Assembly (NCBI GenBank): GCA_030637025.1
Contig: DAOVVV010000007.1
Span: 52,667 to 72,666 of the forward strand
DNA length: 20,000 nt
Direction: 5' to 3'
Source of the DNA: Clostridia bacterium
GTDB taxonomy: Bacteria; CBDUZB01; JAGLHV01
Below the pieces are notes generated by a model. It saw nothing but the letters and a program-made list of their open reading frames with translations, made no database searches and was not told where the DNA came from. Shown piece after piece: positions 1 through 7,878 of this stretch (positions within the stretch are counted from its first letter, which is position 1; every line of letters starts with the position of its first letter). A program made the translations under genes and the position numbers.

Positions 1-1
1 A

Positions 2-217
2 GGACATAAAATTGCCGGGGTAATTATTTTTGATTGTGTTTGCCGTGCCCTTATTTTAGAAGATAAATTTTCTCAGGCGATTGAATCTATCATGGAAGTT
101 ATTGGAAAAGATATTCCCATTATTGGATTTGAAACATACGGAGAAATAGGTATGGAAGCAGGACAATTAAGTGGATTTCATAATACGACTACCAGTATTT
201 TGCTGATACCGGCATAA
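2..217 (+). CDS. FIST C-terminal domain protein (3' partial, runs off window start)
   Basis: Frame from base 2 reads GHKIAGVIIFDCVCRALILEDKF...PIIGFETYGEIGMEAGQLSGFHNTTTSILLIPA*. The CxxR, GFxTYGEI and HNxT motifs are typical of FIST_C. Not in the ORF track because it has no start in the window. Confidence 0.85.
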   Translation, partial: GHKIAGVIIFDCVCRALILEDKFSQAIESIMEVIGKDIPIIGFETYGEIGMEAGQLSGFHNTTTSILLIPA

Positions 218-309
218 TAATGTGTTAATATAAGGAAAATAGTTATTTTATAAAATGACCGGAGAATAAATAAAAATAAATTAGTCGGCAAAAAAAAAGG
301 AGGAGATAA

Positions 310-678
310 ATGGATGAAGCTAAAAGGATATTAGTGATAGAAGACGAGATGGATGTTTTAAAAATGACTGTGTTCAGGTTAAAGAAGGCAGGTTATGATG
401 TTTTAACTGCTGATGACGGAAAAAAAGGTTTAGAAACTGCTGAACAGGAAAGGCCTGATTTTATTTTTCTTGATTTAAACCTGCCGGTGATGGACGGATA
501 TGAGGTGTGCCGTGAATTAAAAAAGGATGAAGAATTAAAGAAAATACCCGTAGTTATACTGAGTGCCAGTTCGGACGGGATAAAGGAAAAATCAATAGAA
601 ATCGGAGCGGATGATTATATAATTAAGCCTTATGAACCACAGGAATTATTGAACAAAATAGAAAAATTTTTGGGGTAA
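310..678 (+). CDS. Single-domain response regulator (CheY-like receiver)
   Basis: ILVIEDE acidic pocket, phosphoacceptor in FLDLNLPVMDG, ILSA and YIIKP motifs; AGGAGG RBS upstream; no output domain. Confidence 0.93.
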   Translation: MDEAKRILVIEDEMDVLKMTVFRLKKAGYDVLTADDGKKGLETAEQERPDFIFLDLNLPVMDGYEVCRELKKDEELKKIPVVILSASSDGIKEKSIEIGADDYIIKPYEPQELLNKIEKFLG

Positions 679-727
679 AAACTGAGATAAAAGAAGTAAG
701 AAATATATTATTTTAGAGAGGTATAGT

Positions 728-1096
728 ATGTTAGCAAAAAAGAAGGGTTTTACTTTAATAGAGATTTTATTGGTAGTAGCGGTGAGCGGGATATTGACTA
801 CTGCGGCTGTTCCTAAATTTTTTAATGTTCGTAGGAAAGCACAGGAAAATGTTTGTTTGGCTAATCGCCATCTTATTGACCGGGTCGATACTTTGTATTT
901 TGTTCAGGAGGGGAAACATTCAGCAAGCGTTCAGGAATTGGTGGATGCCAAGTATTTAGGTGATTTGCCCGAATGCCCTTGCGGAGGAGTATATCTCTGG
1001 GTCCCTGCTTCAGAGGATAATGCACAATATAATGTGGTTATTTGTTCTATGCATGGAACAAATATATCTGGGGAGAAAAAAGTTGCGGCTGAATAA
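728..1096 (+). CDS. Prepilin-type N-terminal cleavage/methylation protein (pilin/pseudopilin, ComGC-like)
   Basis: Class III signal KKKG|FTLIEILLVVAVSGILTTAAVP; C-terminal CPCGGVY...CSMHG; GAGG RBS. Confidence 0.88.
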   Translation: MLAKKKGFTLIEILLVVAVSGILTTAAVPKFFNVRRKAQENVCLANRHLIDRVDTLYFVQEGKHSASVQELVDAKYLGDLPECPCGGVYLWVPASEDNAQYNVVICSMHGTNISGEKKVAAE

Positions 1097-1225
1097 GTTG
1101 TGGAAAGGGTTATCAATGGGAACACATAAAATGCAGGAGAAAGATTAGAATGTTATTCGGATTAAATTTATAGCTAATAATTTTCCGCTAAATTTTTTAC
1201 GCAGTGATATTACTAAAAATTTATA

Positions 1226-1257
1226 TTGCAATCTTTCTTGGATAATGTTATTATAAT
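1226..1257 (+). promoter_or_regulatory. Putative sigma70 promoter of the 1493-8919 operon
   Basis: TTGCAA (1226-1231), 17 bp, then TATTAT (1249-1254) with extended -10 TG; overlapping TATAAT at 1252-1257. The region is AT-rich, so a chance match is possible. Confidence 0.45.
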
Positions 1258-1492
1258 TTGTCTTGTTTACAGTAGTGCATATATTATATCTGAAAAAATA
1301 ATGTCTACAATAAAAAAAATAATTTCTTACCTTTTATAGTCGGGTCTTTGTAATTAAAACTAAATTAATAAAATATTTGTATTGAAAAAGTCATTGAGCA
1401 TTTGTTATTATAAATTGTTTCCTTGGCGATGATGTTTGTGGTGATTTCAGTTTTTATATCTTTAAAAAATATTAAAAAAAGGGAGGTTGAAT

Positions 1493-2119
1493 ATGTGTCC
1501 CGAAAAGAAAAAAATTAATAAAAAAATTGAAAATTTTAAAGATTTTCACCGGCTCATACCTGAGTTTATAAAAGAAATTAATAAAGATCAACAATTGGCT
1601 ATTAGGGCAGCGGTTAATCCTTTGCTGGCTTTTGAGGAATTAGGATATGTTTTACCGCTCGAAGTTCAAAAAAAAGTGGGAATATTTATTCGTTTTCGTC
1701 CTAAAGATCGCAAGCGTTTGACAGAATTAGAGGCGGAGATTTATAAAGCAGCAGGATGCACTTTTGATATTGATTCTCCCCGGGAAGTGGAAACAGTTTT
1801 GTTTAAAACTTTAAAGATGCGTAAACCCAAGGGAATGGAAAAAATGGTTGCTTTAAATGTAATTAAAAAAGGGATGGCAATAGCAATGAAGCAGAAAAAG
1901 AAAAAAGTAGAAGAAGTCGATCCTTTGCAAGAATTAAAAGAAAAACATGCTATCATTGCTCCTTTATTGTCTTATCGTAAAATCCAGGCAGGCAGCTCTG
2001 GTTTTGCTTCCCGCTCTCTTTATGAAGAACTAAAAGCCGGGAAAAAGAAATTTCCTATAAGTAAAATGCGCGTGCGTTTTCCCGAACAACACGAACACGA
2101 GGAGGTAGAAAATGCCTAA
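1493..2119 (+). CDS. Hypothetical protein with a segment resembling the DNA polymerase A thumb subdomain
   Basis: GGAGG at 1482-1486 favours ATG 1493 over TTG 1487. LEAEIYKAAGCTFDIDSPREVETVLFKTLKM...LQELKEKHAIIAPLLSYRKIQ resembles the PolA thumb. Stop overlaps the next gene. Confidence 0.75.
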   Translation: MCPEKKKINKKIENFKDFHRLIPEFIKEINKDQQLAIRAAVNPLLAFEELGYVLPLEVQKKVGIFIRFRPKDRKRLTELEAEIYKAAGCTFDIDSPREVETVLFKTLKMRKPKGMEKMVALNVIKKGMAIAMKQKKKKVEEVDPLQELKEKHAIIAPLLSYRKIQAGSSGFASRSLYEELKAGKKKFPISKMRVRFPEQHEHEEVENA

Positions 2120-5100
2120 TACCCGTGGTTTTGAAGTAGTAGCGGAAGTAATAGTATCGGTTTTAACGGAAATTCTTAAAGCAGCCTGGGATAACGGAGG
2201 AACTAATGATCCTGGATCTATTCCTCATGAGGTTGTTATAGAAGAAGGGTTAATGTTTGGTACATATCGGATAACCAGTGGTCAGGTTAGTATTCCCCAG
2301 GAAGGTCTTAGTCTGAATATGGCTCCGGCTGATAACGGAGTAACCGTAAGATTAGCTACGGGAATCCAGGTAGATCTGGATCCAACTACCATACCTGTCC
2401 CTTCTTTATCTCAATTTAATATGACGGCGGATATTGACATAACCGCTCCTTTTGGAATTATTCCGGAAACTGAGTTTAATGTAGGGGTTATTTTTGAGGG
2501 GTTGCCCCGGGATAAGGTAGTTGTTGCTCTTACCAGTGGGGATCCTATTGAACCGATTTCAGATACCCTTATTGCCGAGTATATACACAACCTTTATGAA
2601 CAGAACGGAGATACTTTCCCACATACCCTTACCCTGGAAGATCAGAGTTGGGGTGCTTTTACTTTTGATGCCTTTGTTGAATTTTTTGATGATCTTTCCG
2701 ACCCGGCACGGCGAATTACTGTACAGCGTCCCGATTCAAATCATGTGGCCGTATCTATACCTATTCATTTAAGGTTAAATGATATAAATTGTTCTTATAC
2801 TACTGTTCTTTCCCCAATGGGAGTGACCGCTAGAATTGTTCTTACCGCACCTTATCAACAGAGCTCAGACCTGATTACCGCTACCTTGAGCGCAGCAGTG
2901 GTTACCGTAGAGGATTTAGCACCTGCTTCGGGAATTGAAGGAACTAATTATAATTTAAATAAAGCAGGAGCAGCTGCTTTAGGAATAGATCTTGACCAAT
3001 TATTTGAGACGGAAATTACTCAGCGGGGTACGGTGCTGGCACAATCAATGGGAGATATTGAAGTTCAATATCCTACGGTGGCTCAGATAGAACAATTTAT
3101 CGGTGACCATGTTTACCATGAGTTGCTCAATCGGCGTTACATAGGAGCCTGGACCCCGGAAACCCCGGAAGATTCCCCGGTAGAAATCAGAGAAGTCCGT
3201 CCCAAAGCATTGTCCGATGCTTTAGCCATAGGAATTAATCCGGGTACAGGTGCTGATGAAAATCTTTTAATCAATTTTGTTCCCTCTGACCAGTCTTTTG
3301 CTATTGCTCTGGATGCGGATTTTGTCAACCAAACAATTAGAGACATTATTGATACTCCCGAACCCGATGGTTTTGGGGGGGTTCCCAAACATTTTGATAA
3401 TATAGAAGGACATGAAGCGCAACTGGAATCGCTTAATTGGGCACTGCAATCCGGTGTTATTCATTTTTGGGGGGATGTAACTGTTTACGATGTTTTTTGC
3501 AAAGCCGATGCCGAATGCAGTTTTTGGGCAGACATAAAACTTAAATGGAATCCTCCGGATGGCTCCGGTGCTCAGGTTCTGGAACCATATCTTCATGATG
3601 ATGATGTAGATTTACCCTGGTGGGCCTGGCTTATTGCCGTATTGGGTTTTATTTTTGGATTGATTATCGGGATTATTATGATAGTAGTTACTGTGGTAGT
3701 TGAGCGGGTTGCCGAACGGATAGGTGGAGCAGTAATGGAAGACGAAGTGGCTGGTCAATTACAGGTTTTGGGAGCATGGCCTCAGCAATTGCAGGGAATT
3801 GGAAACATTATTTCTACCTTTCAGGAAGCAGTAGGTATTGATTCTGAGGGACTTCTGTTTTCCGGTTCGATATTAGTAATAGCTACTTATGGTCTTACTT
3901 TAACCGATCCGGCTTGTGCCGGCGGGCCTTACTTTTGTTTTGCCGGTGGTCCTTCCATTGATTTTTTTGCCGGTCCCGGCAACCCTAAAATTGATTATCA
4001 CTGGAATTTTTGGGGGGGAATTACTGCCCTGGGACATCATGTAACTCATAAATACAATGATAATGGTTTATATATAGTTCGTTTGACCAGCACGGTCAAC
4101 GAGCCTGGAGGAGCAATTACTCATAACTCTGTTTTGGTTCATGCGGAAAATGTGCCGCCGGTGGTTGATGCCGGCGAGGATAAAGTGATAAATGAAGGAG
4201 AAGAGGTTTTATTCTCCGGTAAATTTACCGATCAGGAATGGCCGGATACTCACGAAGCTATCTGGGATTTTGGAGATGACTCACTTCCCGTAGAAGGAAT
4301 GATTACCCAAACTAATAATCCGCCTCAGGCAGAGGGTGTAGTTACGGCCAGTCATGCCTTTTGTGACCAGGGGGAATATACAGTAATCCTGCGTATGCGC
4401 GATGATAACGGCGGAGTTAGTGAAGATACGCTTAAAGTTACTGTGCTTAATGTTCCACCTACAGTAGATGCGGGAGAAGATATGTTTGCTTATATTTGTA
4501 CGCCGATTACTTTGGTAGGGCGTTTTTTTGATCCCGGTTGGTGTGATCAGCACACCGGTTCCTGGAATTTCGGTGATTGTACACCTACTCATCCTGCTAT
4601 TATTCGGGAGAAAAATGAACCGCCTATGGGTACGGGTATTGTAGTGGCTACCCATACCTATAATCGTTGTGGAATTTATTGGGTAGAATGTGTGGTTATT
4701 GATGACGATGGAGGAGTTGGCAGGGATGTTATTACGGTACGGGTAGTAAATATATTAAACCGCGATTTCGAAGCAGGTTTTCGTAACCGTACGGTAGGAA
4801 CAGTAGCTAATCACTGGGAACCTTATTCAGTTAGTGCCTCTACACATACATTGGGAATGGTAGAAGCTATAGATGTTGGTGCAGCTCTTTTTAGTGCCGA
4901 AGAATTTGTGGTTCACGGTGGACAGCGTTCTCAAAAAATAGAAGGAGTGGGAAAATTTAGTGCCGGTATTTATCAACAGGTGGGAGCGAATTCTAATTGG
5001 GACTATCAGGTATCGGTCTGGTATCATATAGATGAGAAAACAGGAGGAAGGTGCCGTTTGGGAGTAGATCCTTTAGGGGGTACCAATCCTGCTTCATCCG

Positions 5101-5843
5101 ATGTAGAATGGGTTGAGGGAAATCAACAGCGTAATTGGGCACAATTGGTCTGGCGGGTGACAGCAAAAAAACGGGCTATTACTGTTTTTCTTGAAGTAGT
5201 CGGTGAAACACAGAATACAGCTGCTTATTTTGACGATGTTGTTTTAAGTCCTTATCCCTGTCCGTTAAAAGAGCCGGAAACGATAGAACAACCCGAGCCG
5301 GAATTACGGGAAATATGTGTTAATTGGGCGGAGGAGAAAAAAGGTGGGGAAGTGGGTACTGTTTATGAAAAAAACGGTTTTATTTTTAAATCTGCCAATC
5401 AGGAACAATTACGCATTATAATATGGGGTTCGCCGGAGGGTGAGGGTAAGTTAGTTCTTCCTCAAGATGGGATGGATGTTTTATTACCTTTTGTAGCTGA
5501 TGGCGTTATTGCTCATGTCGGATTGTATACCCAGCGGCCGATTACCTTAAAAGCTCTGGATGCAGAAGGTAATACCTTAGAAGAAGTAACTACGCCTGCT
5601 GCTCAGGGGGAAGCTTATACTCTGGAAATAAATACAGCGGGGATTGCATCTCTTTTCTTTTCCGGAGGAGGCGGTGAAGGTTTGTTGCTTAATCTGTGTA
5701 TTTCTGAGGGAACAGGAGAGAAAAAGGGCCCGCTCAAAAAAATTGAAGATGTTAAGAAAGAATTGAGTCGGGTTGCAGAGAAAATAGGTGCTAAACTAGA
5801 AAGAAAAAGGATGAAGATAAAGAAGAAAAATAAAAGAAAATAG
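2112..5843 (+). CDS. Large PKD-domain protein: unknown N-terminal region, hydrophobic helix, 3 PKD-like repeats, CBM-like domain, C-terminal beta domain
   Basis: GAGGAGG RBS. Hydrophobic PWWAWLIAVLGFIFGLIIGIIMIVVTVVV (~3615-3701). PKD signatures WNFWGG/WDFGD/WNFGD, HxY/F..G.Y.V and NVPPxVDAGED at 4149 and 4449. NRDFE...YFDDVVL jelly-roll-like domain ~4749-5260. Confidence 0.85.
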   Translation: MPNTRGFEVVAEVIVSVLTEILKAAWDNGGTNDPGSIPHEVVIEEGLMFGTYRITSGQVSIPQEGLSLNMAPADNGVTVRLATGIQVDLDPTTIPVPSLSQFNMTADIDITAPFGIIPETEFNVGVIFEGLPRDKVVVALTSGDPIEPISDTLIAEYIHNLYEQNGDTFPHTLTLEDQSWGAFTFDAFVEFFDDLSDPARRITVQRPDSNHVAVSIPIHLRLNDINCSYTTVLSPMGVTARIVLTAPYQQSSDLITATLSAAVVTVEDLAPASGIEGTNYNLNKAGAAALGIDLDQLFETEITQRGTVLAQSMGDIEVQYPTVAQIEQFIGDHVYHELLNRRYIGAWTPETPEDSPVEIREVRPKALSDALAIGINPGTGADENLLINFVPSDQSFAIALDADFVNQTIRDIIDTPEPDGFGGVPKHFDNIEGHEAQLESLNWALQSGVIHFWGDVTVYDVFCKADAECSFWADIKLKWNPPDGSGAQVLEPYLHDDDVDLPWWAWLIAVLGFIFGLIIGIIMIVVTVVVERVAERIGGAVMEDEVAGQLQVLGAWPQQLQGIGNIISTFQEAVGIDSEGLLFSGSILVIATYGLTLTDPACAGGPYFCFAGGPSIDFFAGPGNPKIDYHWNFWGGITALGHHVTHKYNDNGLYIVRLTSTVNEPGGAITHNSVLVHAENVPPVVDAGEDKVINEGEEVLFSGKFTDQEWPDTHEAIWDFGDDSLPVEGMITQTNNPPQAEGVVTASHAFCDQGEYTVILRMRDDNGGVSEDTLKVTVLNVPPTVDAGEDMFAYICTPITLVGRFFDPGWCDQHTGSWNFGDCTPTHPAIIREKNEPPMGTGIVVATHTYNRCGIYWVECVVIDDDGGVGRDVITVRVVNILNRDFEAGFRNRTVGTVANHWEPYSVSASTHTLGMVEAIDVGAALFSAEEFVVHGGQRSQKIEGVGKFSAGIYQQVGANSNWDYQVSVWYHIDEKTGGRCRLGVDPLGGTNPASSDVEWVEGNQQRNWAQLVWRVTAKKRAITVFLEVVGETQNTAAYFDDVVLSPYPCPLKEPETIEQPEPELREICVNWAEEKKGGEVGTVYEKNGFIFKSANQEQLRIIIWGSPEGEGKLVLPQDGMDVLLPFVADGVIAHVGLYTQRPITLKALDAEGNTLEEVTTPAAQGEAYTLEINTAGIASLFFSGGGGEGLLLNLCISEGTGEKKGPLKKIEDVKKELSRVAEKIGAKLERKRMKIKKKNKRK

Positions 5844-5882
5844 ATTTAAAGAAATAAAATTTATCGTTGGAAAGGAGAAATT

Positions 5883-6620
5883 ATGCCTGAAGAAAGAATA
5901 GTTAAAATTGTTGCCTGGCCCAAAGAGCCGGCAAAACTGGAGCATCGTTTTAATAGCGAAAAACCCTGTCCGGTTTCTATTTCTTTTGAAAAGACTCCGG
6001 CTAATGTAATCGTTCGTTCTAACCCCAAAGAGCCATTCAATGTAGATATGGCCATGAATGTTATAGCAAAGGAAACAATTCCGGTATGTATTAAATTATG
6101 TGAACCAATCTGTGTAAAAAGCAAATATGCTATTGCTATTGATATTTTTGATCGTCCGGTAGCCAATATTGCTTTGCAGGGAGAGACCAGAATATTTAAT
6201 TGTCGTGAAGGGGATAATAATGTTAGACCGGTTTGTGTTGATTTTAATAAGTTAAAAGAGGGAATGGAATTTACGGAAGCATTTACCCATCAAGAATTTA
6301 AGTTTACTCCGCTGGGAGACAAATTACGGACGGTAAATTTCGGAGAGCCGGCCGGCCGGGTAAAATTAGCTTTTCCGCCGGAAGGTATCCGTATAGATCT
6401 TCCGCAGGAAGCAAATCAGGTAAAACTTACAGTTAATAATTATGCCGGTCAGACCCTTGATTTTTTTGTTTACACCGGAAGCACGTTGGCTAACCAATTT
6501 TCCCAGGACATTGTAAATGAAGTAAAAGAAATTTTTATTTCCCGCTCCGGAGTTACGGCAATAGAGATTAAAGGGGGAAGAAATGAATCAGCAGTAGTGG
6601 AGGTTTGTTTTTCTTTATAA
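5883..6620 (+). CDS. Hypothetical two-domain Cys-rich protein
   Basis: AAGGAG RBS. The N-terminal 109 aa are paralogous to 6715-7059; the C-terminal domain resembles the C-terminal domain of 2112-5843. Confidence 0.85.
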   Translation: MPEERIVKIVAWPKEPAKLEHRFNSEKPCPVSISFEKTPANVIVRSNPKEPFNVDMAMNVIAKETIPVCIKLCEPICVKSKYAIAIDIFDRPVANIALQGETRIFNCREGDNNVRPVCVDFNKLKEGMEFTEAFTHQEFKFTPLGDKLRTVNFGEPAGRVKLAFPPEGIRIDLPQEANQVKLTVNNYAGQTLDFFVYTGSTLANQFSQDIVNEVKEIFISRSGVTAIEIKGGRNESAVVEVCFSL

Positions 6621-7041
6621 ACTTTATGGAATAATATTGAGTATGGGATAAAAGATTGATTTTTTTTTAAAAATAAATTAGAATAAAACAGTTATTATTA
6701 AAAGAGGAAAATATATGGCTGAAGAAAGAATAGTTAAAATTACAGCCTGGCCCAAAGAGCCGGTAAAACTGGAACATTATTTTAATAGTGAAAAACCCTG
6801 TCCGGTTTCTATTTCTTTTGAAAAAAACCCGGCCAATGTAATCGTTCACTCTAATCCCAAAGAACCATTTAATGTAGATATGGCTATGAATCTTATAGCA
6901 AAGGAAACTATTCCTGTCTGTATTAAATTATGTGAACCGATTTGTGTTAAAAGTAAGTATGCAATTACCGTTGATATTTTTGATCGTCCGGTAGCAACCA
7001 TTACCCTCAAGGGGGAAACCAGATTATATAATTGTCAGGAG
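5883..7041 (+). repeat. Direct duplication of a ~327-bp coding module (5883-6209 and 6715-7041)
   Basis: Long identical DNA stretches, e.g. GAAAAACCCTGTCCGGTTTCTATTTCTTTTGAAAA and GATATTTTTGATCGTCCGGTAGC, in both copies. Confidence 0.95.
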
Positions 7042-7059
7042 GAGAGAGATGTTGAATAA
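6715..7059 (+). CDS. Hypothetical Cys-rich protein, paralogue of the N-terminal domain of 5883-6620
   Basis: GAGG RBS; 94/109 aa identical to the preceding gene by hand alignment. Confidence 0.85.
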   Translation: MAEERIVKITAWPKEPVKLEHYFNSEKPCPVSISFEKNPANVIVHSNPKEPFNVDMAMNLIAKETIPVCIKLCEPICVKSKYAITVDIFDRPVATITLKGETRLYNCQEERDVE

Positions 7060-7837
7060 AAGTAAAAAAATGCCGAAAAGTAAATTAAATGAGTCCGGAG
7101 GAGATTCAACAGCAAAGTTTCAAACAAGCGGTTTGGGTTCTAAAAAAGGAAACAAAGAGTGGAAAGGAACAGGTGCCGGAGAAAAAAAGAAAATAAGCAA
7201 GGATGTAATTAAAGGATTGGCCAATGCTACTTCCCGTGTAGTTCAGCAGGCTGCTTCCATTTTGGAAGAAGAAGTCGCTGCCGGTATTGTTGCGGCAAAA
7301 CAGGTAGAAGACCGTTTGATTAATGTAAAGGACCTTCGTTCCGGTAAACCGGATGAAGTAATACACCGCTTTCGGCGTGACGCACACGAGGTAATGGATA
7401 TTTTTATTGATTTAGCTCATGCTGCCAGTAAATATGTCGGGGGGCTTGCTCAACGGGTGGTTACTATCCGGGGCTCAGAAAGAAAAGAAAAATCAGAATA
7501 TACGGCTTCCGGGCAATTACCTACGCTTAAAACCAATAAAGCAATGAAACCGGGTGAAGTGGCTAAAATCCCGATGGATTTAGAAAATAACAGTGATAAA
7601 ATAATGGATAAATTTAGTTTTCACAGTACCGATTTAGTAGATGCTTCCGGGAAAAGGATTGCAGCTGAAAGGATAACCTTTACTCCTTCCGCACTTTCTC
7701 TGGCTCCATATAAAACCCAAAAGGTATTGGTAGCAGTTAATATTCCTGCCAAAACTTCCGCAGGTATTTATTCCGGTTTAATCCGGGCGACAAAGATGGA
7801 TCAGTTACAGGCGATATTGGTAATTCAAGTCGATTGA
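7049..7837 (+). CDS. Hypothetical protein: Lys/Gly-rich N-terminus, helical core, C-terminal Ig-like beta domain
   Basis: GGAGGAG RBS; start overlaps the previous stop. The C-terminal pattern (KPGE...L.N...ITFTP..LSLAP...V.V.V.IP.....G.YSG) is typical of Ig-like domains. Confidence 0.75.
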   Translation: MLNKSKKMPKSKLNESGGDSTAKFQTSGLGSKKGNKEWKGTGAGEKKKISKDVIKGLANATSRVVQQAASILEEEVAAGIVAAKQVEDRLINVKDLRSGKPDEVIHRFRRDAHEVMDIFIDLAHAASKYVGGLAQRVVTIRGSERKEKSEYTASGQLPTLKTNKAMKPGEVAKIPMDLENNSDKIMDKFSFHSTDLVDASGKRIAAERITFTPSALSLAPYKTQKVLVAVNIPAKTSAGIYSGLIRATKMDQLQAILVIQVD

Positions 7838-7878
7838 TTTTGGTGTAATTAAGGGAGAATGATTAAGGAGTTTTATTT

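Noticed and set aside
1493-2119. polA gene or polA pseudogene
   Set aside because: No exonuclease, palm or fingers motifs were noticed nearby; the ORF is intact with unrelated termini.
5883-7059. DGR template/variable repeat pair
   Set aside because: Both copies are coding, differences are not restricted to adenines, and no reverse transcriptase is present.
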